DNA of 63,644 nt, filler included, from Olpidium bornovanus S191 (Eukaryota > Fungi > Olpidiomycota), in assembly GCA_017911155.1 (NCBI GenBank). It is 28 parts of 28 records of this genome, joined end to end, with 100 filler letters (N's around TTAATTAATTAA, not from the genome) between each part and the next. Parts side by side here need not be neighbours in the genome. Positions count along the whole stretch, not along the records: positions 8,920 to 13,660 come from JAEFCI010005559.1; positions 13,761 to 15,598 come from JAEFCI010012442.1; positions 15,699 to 17,041 come from JAEFCI010006126.1; positions 17,142 to 19,238 come from JAEFCI010004432.1; positions 19,339 to 21,152 come from JAEFCI010005741.1; positions 21,253 to 22,610 come from JAEFCI010013241.1; positions 22,711 to 23,989 come from JAEFCI010010244.1; 21 more parts are not named here. One strand, given 5' to 3'. This document shows positions 12,201-23,378 of this stretch, one piece after another. Each line of letters opens with the position of its first letter. The first letter of the stretch is position 1. Under the pieces are notes generated by a model. It was given only the letters and a program-made list of their open reading frames with translations. It was not told where the DNA came from and did not search any database. Both the position numbers and the translations under genes were made by a program.

Positions 12201-13660
12201 GCGCACTGGCGTTGAGCTTTTTGCGCAAGATGTCTAAAACTCTCGACCGCCCCGCCATGTACGGTTCGAGCTCGGAAAACCTATTTGCGCGTTCGCAATC
12301 CGTGAGATTTTCTCATCGAACAACGGTTTGTCTGATGCAGAAGGAACACTTACGACGAATCAGCTTCAAGCGCTTCCAAGCGCGCCTTCCAGATAATTCG
12401 TAGCTTGTTTAAATGAGGAATACTTTCTCCGCCGCGAGCGACAGACAAAAACTGCTGGCCGTCGAGAATATCGACCAACGACGCAAGCGCTCTGAGAGTT
12501 ATCGTCAACTGGGCGGTGACTTCAACGTTTCTCAGACGTAGCTCCCCATAGCACCGCATCAGAGCGGAGTCCATGCAAGTTTCGAAAGCGCCGGGATCTT
12601 CGCAGTACAGGCTGCGCAGGCAAGCGAATATATCGCCGTTTTGCCTGCCAGGCTGGCAATTCTGACAGTTCTCGTCCCCAGCGCCTCCATGGTCTGCCCC
12701 CAAGTCCGCTAATGTACGACTAGGCTTGATAGCGGACGGGATCTCAAGGCTCGTCCCCCACTTCGAGGTTCTCCAAGCCGCCTCGAGCTGGAACTCGGAG
12801 AGTTCAGGCGGTAAGATTCCGCCGGACGTTCGGTTCGCTACCAACGCGTCGACATATCCATCGAGGACGTGATGATGGCCCAACTTGTCGAGTGCTCTGA
12901 GTAGCCCTACTTGCGTGGGTAAACAGGCTCCATTACGAGGAATTGCCGACGTCGGCAGATCCAGCATGGACGTCACCGGCGCGAGACGCGCTTCGTGCGC
13001 GCACAGACTTTTGTTCCAGTTTCCCTCGTGTTCGAACCGGTCGACGAGTGTTGAAAAGTTGATTGGCGCCTCCACTCCGTAAAAGCCATCCGGGTCATCC
13101 AGCGACTTCATTATGTGGAGCAGCAGAGTCTGCCAGGTGGCACTCTGGTTTGCGGCAATGGTGCTTTGGAACACTGGGACTCGCGTTAAGCCAAGGTCCC
13201 GTGGCTGACGGCCGTCGGCCCATATCTCCAGAAACATCAGCGCCGTCGCATACGCGCCGCAACGCGCAGCAGCCGCGGAGACGCACAAGTAGTCAAGATC
13301 CAGCCATCCTCGCGCTTTGCTAGCGCCCGGCGCTTCAGTTCGCGATAGCGAATCCTCCTGCCGGTGCCCCTGCGTTCGCAGGAAAACGATGACCCGCAGC
13401 AGAGACTGTATAATCTCTGGTGGCGTAGCATCGGAAAGTAGGAGGTCCGTGAAATTCTCCGATAGCACCTTGCGCGTTCCGGGGGCTGTGGCGGCTCTCG
13501 GTTCCGCGCACTGCTCTTCCAACGCACAGCGAACGAGAAAAGGCAACGCGAAATCAGCGAAATCGGGCTTGCGCTCGAACATCGGTACCAGCTGTCCGAA
13601 AACGGTGTCTGATAGATCCGCAATGCGGCCACGGGAAGGTCGAGTCACCAGTGAGCATGC
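9290..13660 (-). CDS. TEL1: ATM/Tel1 PIKK kinase, C-terminal half (FAT, kinase, FATC), multi-exon, 5' truncated
   Basis: [63 protein letters not shown], and FATC end NLCRMFPG|WQPWL* (stop at 9290-9292). Confidence 0.96.
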
Positions 13661-13760
13661 NNNNNNNNNNNNNNNNNNNNNNNNNNNNNNNNNNNNNNNN
13701 NNNNTTAATTAATTAANNNNNNNNNNNNNNNNNNNNNNNNNNNNNNNNNNNNNNNNNNNN

Positions 13761-13792
<32 letters not shown>

Positions 13793-13886
13793 TGGAAACA
13801 ACGGAAGGCGCGAAGATAGTTGGAAACGGCCCAGCAACCGAGATGTTCGTGTTCCACGATGTGCGAAGAAAGGTGTCTTTGCGGTT

Positions 13887-15189
13887 TCAGCAGATACGCA
13901 GGAGTGCGGCGCTGGCGCCCGTGACCAGGCTGAGCGCGATGCCGTGCGCAACGACAAACGAGCCGCCGGACGTTACGGAAGCCAACGTTGCGCTCGTAGG
14001 GGTGGAAGGCTTGAAGGACGTTGAGGTTTGGGAGGTGATCGTCCCTGCCGAAAAAGACAGCGACGTCGAGGATGCACCGGTTGCGTTAGACGGGGCGGCA
14101 GAAGGCACCTCGGGGGTACTGGTGGGACCGACTGCCGATGTAGTACTGGATGAGTTGAGAGACGCGGCAGCTCCCGAAGTCGACGGGGCCGCGGAAGACG
14201 CCACGTCAATCAGATGAAAGACCTGGCCGTTCGACTTGTAGCCCGTGCTCTGGTCGTTCAGCACGATGAACCAATTTGAGTCGGCGTCGCGAGAGGGAAC
14301 AGGCCCGTCTGGAAAACGCGGAGGCGGACCGTTAGCGCCGGGATGAGAGTAGAAACCCCAAATGGCCGGGGAAGAGGACGGGCCAGGGGACAAGCTCGAG
14401 CGCACTTGTAAACGAGTCGAAGGTCATCGGACTCCACGAATACTGAAGGCCGGCGACCGGCACGTTGCTGCCGATCGGAGGGAAAAGGACACTTTTGCAG
14501 CGCCGTAGAATTCCCAAGTGCGGAAGAGGAAAGGGTTGAGTTGGACATTGGTAGCAAGTTCACGCAAAATCAAGGGGGCGGCAAGGGTGGGAAAGCGGGG
14601 AGGAAAGGAGGAGGAGTCGAAAGGCGATTCCGGGCGCGAAAAAAACGCTCTCCACGAGGGGAGCATAGGCGCGTACACTGGCTTGTCGGCGGAGTCCTTG
14701 AAGCCTAGGGAAACGCTGACCGTCGCCGGTGCCGGCACGCCGGGACTGTCGGGGCTGTTCCCAGGACGCATTTCCCAGCGGACGCTCAGGCCTGCGGTGG
14801 TTTGAAGGAACTCGCCTCTTTTGACGGGGGGAAAAAGGAGGAGACGCGTTTGCGGCGTGTGCGAGTGTGTGTGTGCGAGTGAGTGAGTGTGTGTGTGTGC
14901 GGGAGCGGAGAGGGGGGAGGGAGGGAGGGACGGGATCAGCGTGTAGTTGGCGCCGCGCGACTTTTATTCCTCCATTTTCGCCGTGAACCCCCGGGGGGAA
15001 AAGGCGGGTTACGCGACGCGCGCGTCCCGAACCAACGCGCGAGCGAAGCGCTGCTTCCCCCGGAGACGCGAAGTCAGCACCGGCCAACTACCCGACGTTT
15101 TGCGTCGCAAACAGATCGACAACAGCCTTCCCCCCCCCTCCTCCTTTTTCTCCCGCCCCCCACCCCCCCCCCCCCCCCCCCCCCCCCCC

Positions 15190-15222
<33 letters not shown>

Positions 15223-15340
15223 TTGCCGGTCTTTCCCGATCGTGTGCTCACGAGGAGGGCGTCGTCTGGAACGTGAAGTCGCCGGCGGCTAAGGCGGCTG
15301 CAGCGAGGATCGCGAGGGCGGCCGAGCCGAGGTGCTGCAT
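13887..15340 (-). CDS. Secreted, probably GPI-anchored Ser/Thr-rich surface protein (multi-exon)
   Basis: Signal-like start MQHLGSAALAILAAAALAAG; beta-rich exons (LSVRWEM, TVSVSLGF, YSWSP, WFIVLNDQSTGYKSNGQVFHL); Ser/Thr-rich stalk; hydrophobic C-terminus after SGG. Confidence 0.62.
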
Positions 15341-15496
15341 AACTGCGGTGCGCGCGGAACCGGTGGGGGGAGGCGGGGGGGAGAGAAGGGGGGGGCTTCT
15401 CGCGTGTTCGCGTCTGGGGCGCGCGCGCGGCCGGGGAAGGATCGAGAGCGGGAGAGTCCTCAACGTTTTCGCGGTGCGTTTGAATTCGACGAGAGG

Positions 15497-15586
<90 letters not shown>

Positions 15587-15698
15587 GGGGGGGGGGGGNN
15601 NNNNNNNNNNNNNNNNNNNNNNNNNNNNNNNNNNNNNNNNNNTTAATTAATTAANNNNNNNNNNNNNNNNNNNNNNNNNNNNNNNNNNNNNNNNNNNN

Positions 15699-17041
15699 AG
15701 GTTCTGATGCGTCGAAAACTCTGGCAAGTGGTGTCTGCCGGGCAGCCATATTCCCGGGGGGGACACGCAGGAATGGCAAATTTCTGACGACGAAGCGTAC
15801 GGGGAAATTTTCCTGCATGTCAGTTAACCCATACAAACACCTTCTCGACGGGACCGAGACGTCCGCCGAGGCTTGGGAGGCGCCTTCGTCCCACTTCGAG
15901 AATACCGGATTGTGGGGCACGCCTCGACCTGAAAAGGGAGCTATACACCATGACAATGGACGATGCCGAGACCTTCAATAATTTCACACTGCGCGTAAAG
16001 GACGTCGTTTCGTCGGTTGCGAGACCAGGGCGAAGACAACGTCCGAGACCGGGAGAGGGAGGCTCGGGAGGGGTTTGCTCATGGGGTCGGGGCATCTATT
16101 CCCGAACGACGATCGACGCATCGGAAACGAACACGTGCAGGGACGACAAGACCGGCGTCTGGAGGACCCCTCGTCCCTAGCAGAAACAATCTCCGTCCTT
16201 CGAGAAGCCGACGTATGTCGTCGTCGAGAAGATTCCTCATTTGGAAGCGCTCTCGCAGCGGTCGGCCGCGGAAGTAAGGGGACGCCGACAAAAAAAAGAA
16301 GGGGAAATCAGGGGCCGGGCGGGAGCGAGGGAGGACCGCGTCGAGAAGATTCCTCATTCGGAAGCGCTCTCGCAGCGGTCGGCCGCGGAAGTAAGGGGAC
16401 GCCGACAAAAAAAAGAAGGGGAAATCAGGGGCCGGGCGGGAGCGAGGGAGGACCGCAGTGCTGCAAGTGCGACCGAACTTGGCCAATTTCAAACGGGATT
16501 GCCCTAAGAAGAGGGCCGAAGAAAAGGAAAAAGACAGCAAGAGGGCAATGGGAGTTCTGCTTTGGTGCGCGGAAGTTGCGGGACTGCCGTTCGAGAACAT
16601 AGGGAAGTCGAGCGCGACGAAGAGTCCGCTGGACAGGGTTCTCTCCGCCGAGATTTCCTGAACTTTTGCCCGTGCTGACGGGGAATAGGCTCCTCGCCAG
16701 CAGGAGTTCATTCCACATGACGGGATCCGCTTACAACCTCCGGGACATTGTCCCATGTCAGACGGAAATCATCATCGGCGACGGAAAAGCTCTCCAAGCC
16801 TCTCATAAGGGAACCTTGGTCGTCCAGTTCGAGGATGGGGAGCACGAGCAACCTTCGTCGACGTTCTCGTCGTCCCCGGGCTGGTCAGCAGCATGATTTC
16901 CCTTGGACGTGGCCTTGAAAACATGCAGTCTATTGGGATGCGAGGTTTGCCCCGCGGGGAAAATTATCCAAGGCACCGCGTCCGAGACAAGACGACGGAC
17001 CAGCAGCTGCTGCTCCTTTGGACCGCATCCACTCCGATCTC
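15699..17041 (+). mobile_element. Degenerate Ty1/copia gag-zinc knuckle-protease fragment
   Basis: EAYGEIFLHVS, ELYTMTMDDAETFNNF, a broken CCHC knuckle (CCKC...FKRDCP) and a decayed protease LLASRSSFHMTG...EIIIGDGKAL; several stops and frameshifts. Confidence 0.88.
16222..16456 (+). repeat. 117-bp direct tandem duplication (2 copies, 1 mismatch) in copia gag
   Basis: Copies start at 16222 and 16339 (CGTCGAGAAGATTCCTCATT...GAGGACCGC). Confidence 0.93.
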
Positions 17042-17597
17042 NNNNNNNNNNNNNNNNNNNNNNNNNNNNNNNNNNNNNNNNNNNNTTAATTAATTAANNN
17101 NNNNNNNNNNNNNNNNNNNNNNNNNNNNNNNNNNNNNNNNNCGTCATAGCCGAAAGGATTTGAATTGCCGGGATTGTCGTCTTGTCAGCATTGCGAGGCG
17201 CGATGGCGCCGAACGGCATTCGCCTGTTCAGATTATGGCACCGCTGAGATGGACCTTGCATGCTTTTTGCACACGAAATCCGGGAGAGAGCGGGGGTACG
17301 GACACAGTGCAAAGCGGGGTTGAGTTCATACGTGTGGGGAGAGGTGGCTGCTTGTAACGACGCGGCATCCCACTAACTCGGCCGTAGCGTTGCCGCCAAA
17401 ACTTAAGGGAAGGGGTGGGGGGGGAGTAAAAAGTCTGGTTGGCCGCAACATGAAAACAACTTTGGTGGGGAGAATCAATCCCTTAAACCTTCTTGAGCAA
17501 AGTAAAACAAAAAAAAAGATAATTAACGTATATCCCCATGCAGGAAGGGTGTATAGGACAACGAAAAAAAAATGGTTTCATTTGTACAAATTCTCCG

Positions 17598-19145
17598 TCA
17601 AGCGGCGACCGCTTTCCTCCACAGCACGTCGTAAGAGTCCGGCGTTTCGGTGTACACGATCAGGTAGACAACCCTCCTGCCCGCTTGGCGGGCTGTGATC
17701 GTGAACCGGCCGTTCCCGAGCCGACGCAGGACGCTGCACGCTCCGGTCGCGGGAGTCCCAGCAAGTGACGACGACGTCGCCCTGCCCTCGATGAGCGCTA
17801 ATCGGTACGGCACGTCAAGAAGCAGAGGACCCGAGTCCGCGACGAGCGTCACGTGGTAGTCGCGCCCAGCCTGGGACACCGAGACGGTGAAGCGGCCCCG
17901 GCCCAGCGGAGACCAGTATTCGGGATCGGGGCAGACGGCGTACAGTTTGCACCGGCTTTCCAGTAGGCGGACGCGCGCGGGCGAGGACGGCGTTGCCGGC
18001 GGGGAGGACGTGGTCATTATCGAGGACGGCGAATGAGGTTCGATGGGGGACAAAGGGGTCGGCTGCATCGCTTCGGTTGGGGTTGAGCAGAATATGCGGC
18101 TCGTGGGGCTGATGGCGTTCTGCCCGTGATGCGCTAGTTGAGGCGACGGAGAACCGCCTTGCGAATGAAGCCAAGTGGCCGACCGTTGATCCTCCTGCGA
18201 AGAGCTTTGACCAGGGCTCTCGGAGACTTCCACAGCGTCCTCCGTCGCTATGGCGGCGAGGACGACCTGCCCACGCACACTCTCCAACAGGCTTCGCGCA
18301 TCCGCCTCCGATCCGCAACCGACCAAATACCGGGCGGTGCGACCGCCGTTGAGCGTGAACCCAACTGACACGGTGGTGGGCTCTGCCATCTCCGCTTCGG
18401 TACACGGCTCGATCCAGGCGTTCAGAACCTGCCGCTCGTTCTCGTCGTCCTCGTCCTGGTCAACGGCGCAAGAAACCCGGTCTGGCCGGTGTGCCGTCGG
18501 GACGACAGTAGTATTGGACCGAGAGGTTCTCCAGCTGTCAACCGACAGAGAGACATCCTTCGCACCCACCTCCCGCATTGCCTGCAGTTCCGCATTCTGA
18601 GTTGTGACAATTGCGGCGACCAGGAACGCCCGCCCCGCTGCCGTCCGCTTGACCTCGACTCGGCACCGTTCGTCCTTCAAACTCTGCCACACTGGTTCCC
18701 TCCAGACGCTGACCACGCAGTCTTCTATGCGGCATACGAGGCCGACGATGGAATTGCTGGTGGACATTCGAATGGCCGCGACGGTTGGTTCCAACGGTGT
18801 GGCCCGCGAGGTTGACCGCGGCGGCGGTATTTGGTGGTGGTTCCCCGGCAACGACACGGGCATCGAAACCACCATAGACGGCGAATGCGCTCGCGACGAC
18901 GGCTGTTGGGTGCCGTCTCCCTTTGCGTTGAACAGGCGCGTTATTAACGGAAATGTCGCAGACAGTGGCGGAGCGGGAAGGTCTGTTGACTTCACAGCTG
19001 TGTTAGTGAACACCGAACCGAGACTCGGTGAAGAAACCACATGGTGTTCAAATAGCCGACGGGATTCTACAGTCGTCGAAGGGGCGGTGAAAATATCTCG
19101 CTTGTATTTCTTGTCGGCATGTAATGAAAATACCGGCAACCACAA
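17598..19145 (-). CDS. Hypothetical protein (about 515 aa in one ORF, possibly with upstream exons), two putative PH-like domains
   Basis: Long open frame. Segment 1: WQSLKDERCRVEV...LNAWIEP...RYLVGCGSEADARSLL. Segment 2: RCKLYAV...WSPLGRGRFTV, RanBD/EVH1-like. A Ser/Pro-rich linker separates them. Confidence 0.55.
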   Translation of the reverse strand: MWLPVFSLHADKKYKRDIFTAPSTTVESRRLFEHHVVSSPSLGSVFTNTAVKSTDLPAPPLSATFPLITRLFNAKGDGTQQPSSRAHSPSMVVSMPVSLPGNHHQIPPPRSTSRATPLEPTVAAIRMSTSNSIVGLVCRIEDCVVSVWREPVWQSLKDERCRVEVKRTAAGRAFLVAAIVTTQNAELQAMREVGAKDVSLSVDSWRTSRSNTTVVPTAHRPDRVSCAVDQDEDDENERQVLNAWIEPCTEAEMAEPTTVSVGFTLNGGRTARYLVGCGSEADARSLLESVRGQVVLAAIATEDAVEVSESPGQSSSQEDQRSATWLHSQGGSPSPQLAHHGQNAISPTSRIFCSTPTEAMQPTPLSPIEPHSPSSIMTTSSPPATPSSPARVRLLESRCKLYAVCPDPEYWSPLGRGRFTVSVSQAGRDYHVTLVADSGPLLLDVPYRLALIEGRATSSSLAGTPATGACSVLRRLGNGRFTITARQAGRRVVYLIVYTETPDSYDVLWRKAVAA

Positions 19146-19338
19146 TAAGTCCGGCTAAACGTATTGAACGTTGCACGGCTCTCCGATGGCCTACTTACCG
19201 CGTCTTTGCCCCCCTTCAAAATTGCCTTTTTGATCCCCNNNNNNNNNNNNNNNNNNNNNNNNNNNNNNNNNNNNNNNNNNNNTTAATTAATTAANNNNNN
19301 NNNNNNNNNNNNNNNNNNNNNNNNNNNNNNNNNNNNNN

Positions 19339-19926
19339 CATGCGCGTCGAGCGGTTTCCGAGCTTATTGGCGTGTTCGGACCATTTGATGGTCGCGGCGC
19401 TGGCGAAAACGATATTCAAGAGTTCCTTTGATTCTGCGTCGGTCCATTTTCCTTCTTTACCGGCTGCTTCGCTTGCTTCATTTTCCGCGTTGCCGCGCTG
19501 ATCTTCGCCGCCCTCGTAACTTTCGGCCACTGCCTGCTCGGAGTCGGCAGCTTCGCCTCCGCGTTTATCAAAGGGCTTCTTTTTGTCGCTTTTTGCTCCG
19601 TTGCCGTCAACAGTCGAGATTTTCTCCTGGTTTGGGGCAAAATAAAACCGCGGATAAACCATCATTGTTCCCTTGCATTGCAACGAAACTTTCCAAACGG
19701 GCGGCATTCAGCCGAAACACACCTTTCGCTTGCGTTTTGAAGCCCGTACGTTGGCAGCATCCTGCCGAACGTCGACTTCGCCGTACGACGAAGGGCCTTT
19801 GTCACTCATTGTCGCCGCAGCCAAGGTGATCACAGTGTGGGGCTCTCTCGAGGAAAGTCTGCTTTTGGAGAAACCGAGCGGCGTGAGAACGGCCGGCACG
19901 GACAGATTGAAAGGCGTGTCAGGCAA
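19339..19926 (-). CDS. Myb/SANT-like domain protein, 3' truncated
   Basis: GKWTDAESKELL...IKWSEHANKLGNRS runs into the contig end; an upstream exon has a basic SKRKRK patch. Confidence 0.55.
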
Positions 19927-21320
19927 CGGGGAAAATCCGGCGAATGCGTCGCCGAGGTCTACGGGGTCCGAAATCTATTCCGTGGAGTTACCTGGCCGCA
20001 GCGCCGCCGCAGAGCCGGTCCGCACTCACGCGGTTCTCTCCCGCCCGCGAACGCAGCACGGCCCGCCTACCCACCTTCCCTGCCCCGCAGGCGGCGCGCG
20101 CCACGTGCGACCACCCCGTGCCGCGCACGGAATGCGCGGTCTGCAATTAATTATGGAGTATTACAGCGAATGATAAACGCTGCCAAACGTAGGCCCCCTG
20201 CAAATTTCCGTTGCTTTCCAGTCGGCCGGCCCAGGCCCGCCTTGACCAAAAGCAAACACGTCATCGGCGCCAACCCTCCGTCGACGTCAGTGGTAATCGC
20301 CTGTGCCACGCGCGCATAACCCGTTCGGCGACCGCAGCCCCTGTCATATTCGCTCGCCCGCCTGAAGCAGCTGCTTGCTTGCGGTGAGGTGAAAGACGGG
20401 CACGACGTGCGGCAGCACGAACGCTTCCTCGAGACAGGCAAAACGGATGAACGTCAAGGCCTCCAATATAATATTGTTTGAGAGCTGCAGGGTGCTTGAG
20501 CTGCGGCGGCGGCGGCTGCAGCGGCGCCGGGGGAGAGGGGGAGGGTGAGGGGTTAGGGAGAAAGCGAAGTGATGAAATCTCAAGAGAACCCGCGTGCCGG
20601 GAAAGCGGAGGGTTAGGAACACAGCAGTATTACAGCAATGTAATGATAGACGTTGAAGCGTCGGCGGCTACTCTGATTCCCCGGCTGCAGCGTCGATGAA
20701 GAGGAGGGCAGGAGTTGGGCCCAAGTTCGCCAGCGGCGTTGTTTGCACACCGCCGCGGGACGAGTACGCCAAATGTCAAAACACATCCGGTCAATCGGCC
20801 GGCGCCGCGATCGATCTGCGTTATGAGAGAAGGGACGGCTATTCTTTGCGGCCGTCGGCTTCAACGGCCTGGCTTTGCTGCGGGACCTTCGCTCGGTCAA
20901 CCGTCTGCAATCACAGATGACGCACCTACCTCGCAAGGGGGTTTACATCGAAGTGGGGTTAAGAGGGGGTAATCGATCCGGTCTTCCTTGCGCGTGTGTG
21001 CCACGCTCGCCGGCAAAGGCAGAGTCATAACGTCTCCGACGTTGGATAAAGCGGAAAACGGTTTGTATTAAAGATTCGGAGAGGACTTTACGACCGAAAT
21101 ATTCACAATATCTATATGGTGCACTCCGCCCACAAAATGAACAAATTACATGNNNNNNNNNNNNNNNNNNNNNNNNNNNNNNNNNNNNNNNNNNNNTTAA
21201 TTAATTAANNNNNNNNNNNNNNNNNNNNNNNNNNNNNNNNNNNNNNNNNNNNACCACAACTCAACTAGTATCAGGTGAATCAACGCAAGCATTGTGTAGC
21301 AATTTTACGTCGTACCCCAG

Positions 21321-21370
21321 ATCGTTTAGGGCAGCTCCAACGACAATCGTTTAGGGCAGCTCCAACGACA
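21321..21370 (+). repeat. 25-bp perfect direct duplication upstream of ALDH
   Basis: ATCGTTTAGGGCAGCTCCAACGACA x2. Confidence 0.9.
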
Positions 21371-21634
21371 TGGTTTCACTGCGGGGGGGGAGGGGGGGGG
21401 GTCGCTATTTCGGCTCACAAAAGTCCCGCGACAGTTCCGGGGACGTTTCTCGCCGGATCCCGTTCGAGTGGCGGTGGCTTGACTGCCCCTCCTGCGCCCC
21501 TCCAATTTGGAACGCTCGTCGCCGCGGGGACGACGGCGTCACGCGAACGACCGCGAGTTCGCTTGACATCCTGCCGCCGCGAGTGCTTTCTCTGTTCGCT
21601 CGGCCCGTGAGCACGGTCGTGAAACACGCTGGCC

Positions 21635-22610
21635 ATGGCGGACGGCGAGCAGGTCACCGTGTCGCCGGTGGACTCGCGGATCTGCGTCACAAGAAAGTAC
21701 GCGTTGCTCGAGGAGATCAACGACGCCTTCTGCGCTGCCAACAAAGCCTTCAAGTCGTGGAAAAGTGTGCCGCTCGGCACCCGCGCGGCTATCGTGCGAA
21801 AGTTCGCTGATGCCTTCCTGGCAATGAAAGACGACGTCGCAAAGGAGATCACCATGCAGATGGGAAGGTCCGTGATTGAGTGTGCGCGGTGTCTTTTTGT
21901 CAGCATGAGGCGGGCCGGCGTGCTCGGCTTTCTGCAGTAGTCTAAACTTTGCGGTTTGCTTGCGTGTATATGGTACGAAACCGTTACTCTTGCCTGCGTT
22001 GGGCGTCTTACGGACGGTGGCATCGAAACGCGCCTACTTGCCGTGCTCTCAGGCCTGTGAGATATTCGGGCGGCGAGGTCAACGGTCTCGTGGAGCGCAC
22101 ATATGCTATGGCAGACTTGGCAGAGAAGCACCTCGTTGACTACAGAGCGGACACGGATAAGGCGGGCTTTACGAGGTTCATTTCCCAAGAGCCACTTGGA
22201 GTGGTGCTGGTCATAGCACGTCGGTAGCCTAAAAGTTTTTGAATTGGCCCCGAAACCAGCAATTTGCTTACACGGCGTTGCTCACGTCAGCTTGGAACTA
22301 CCCACTATTGACCGCCGTCAACGGGGTTGTGCCTGCGCTCCTTGCTGGTATGTTCGTAGTAACGAGATTACGGCTAGTCGTACGGTATTCGGTAATGTGT
22401 ATATCAACTTTTCGCACACTGTACCCAGGGAATACCGTGGTCCTTAAACACTCGTTCCAGACGCCTCTCTGCGCTGGTAAGTGACTTGGTGGTAGCAGTG
22501 CTGCAGCCGCGCAGCGTGTCCGACCAGGGCGCGTCGTTGACTGGCCAAGATTATCATTCCTGCAGAACGCTTCGCCGAGGCATTCAAAATCGGCGGATTA
22601 CCGGAACATG
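21635..22610 (+). CDS. Aldehyde dehydrogenase, N-terminal half, multi-exon, 3' truncated
   Basis: AFKSWKSVPLGTRAAIV, AKEITMQMGR, EPLGVVLVIA|AWNYPL, ALLAG|NTVVLKHS, ERFAEAF. Confidence 0.93.
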
Positions 22611-22777
22611 NNNNNNNNNNNNNNNNNNNNNNNNNNNNNNNNNNNNNNNNNNNNTTAATTAATTAANNNNNNNNNNNNNNNNNNNNNNNNNNNNNNNNNN
22701 NNNNNNNNNNACTTCGCTGACGACGACCTCACCGAAAAAAAAAAACCCCTCACGGAGGACCGTTTCGCGGATCCCAG

Positions 22778-23378
22778 CCGAAAACGCACATTAACCCGGA
22801 GACCGGCCTGCGGCAGCCGTACACGCCCATGGGGAGGTACCTCAACATCCCGCCCCCGATGCCGCGCACGGACTGCAACAGCTTCCTCGAAGCGGCCGCG
22901 GACAGCGGGTCCGGGCCGCCGGTGCCGTGGTGGCTGGACCGGAAGCGGTACGGCAAGGGCAGGCTCACCAAGAAGCCGCGGAAAATCATCATCGTGAACA
23001 CGCTGACGAACGACGAGTGCACGTTGGAGGTGCGGGGAGCGGGCGAACGCGCGGGGTCGGGGGGCGCTTTTGCGGGATTGACGGTCGCGGCATAAAAGAG
23101 GCCTTGCTGATCCAGTCGCCTGCGGGCCGCGCCTATGCGCGCTCCAGGTGTGCGACGAGGAGACGATGACAGCCATACAGAAGAGATACCTCCGCTACAA
23201 CTCGCACGCGAAGGGCTACATGTGGAAGCGGCTCGGTGCTGTGCTGGACATGTCGCAAACGCTGGAGGAGAACGGCATCCGGGACGAGAGCGACGACATG
23301 GAGCGCGTCGGCATGGACATTGACGATTGGCTCCCGAGGTTGCACCTGTATTTTGCTGACGATTTGACAGTGGGCTGA
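22778..23378 (+). CDS. CYB5D1: Cytochrome b5 domain-containing protein 1 (CYB5D1/FAP198-like axonemal protein), C-terminal exons, 5' truncated
   Basis: HINPETG...TPMGRYLNIPPPMPRTD...PWW...GRLTKKPRKIIIVNTLTNDECTLEV|CDEETM...RYLRYNSHAKGYMWK...LDMSQTLEENGIRDE...LYFADDLT, collinear with the animal CYB5D1 C-terminus as recalled. Confidence 0.9.

Noticed and set aside
16222-16456. CRISPR-like or other prokaryotic repeat array
   Set aside because: Two-copy duplication without spacers in a eukaryotic retroelement; no CRISPR, operon or prokaryotic system is seen anywhere in the window.
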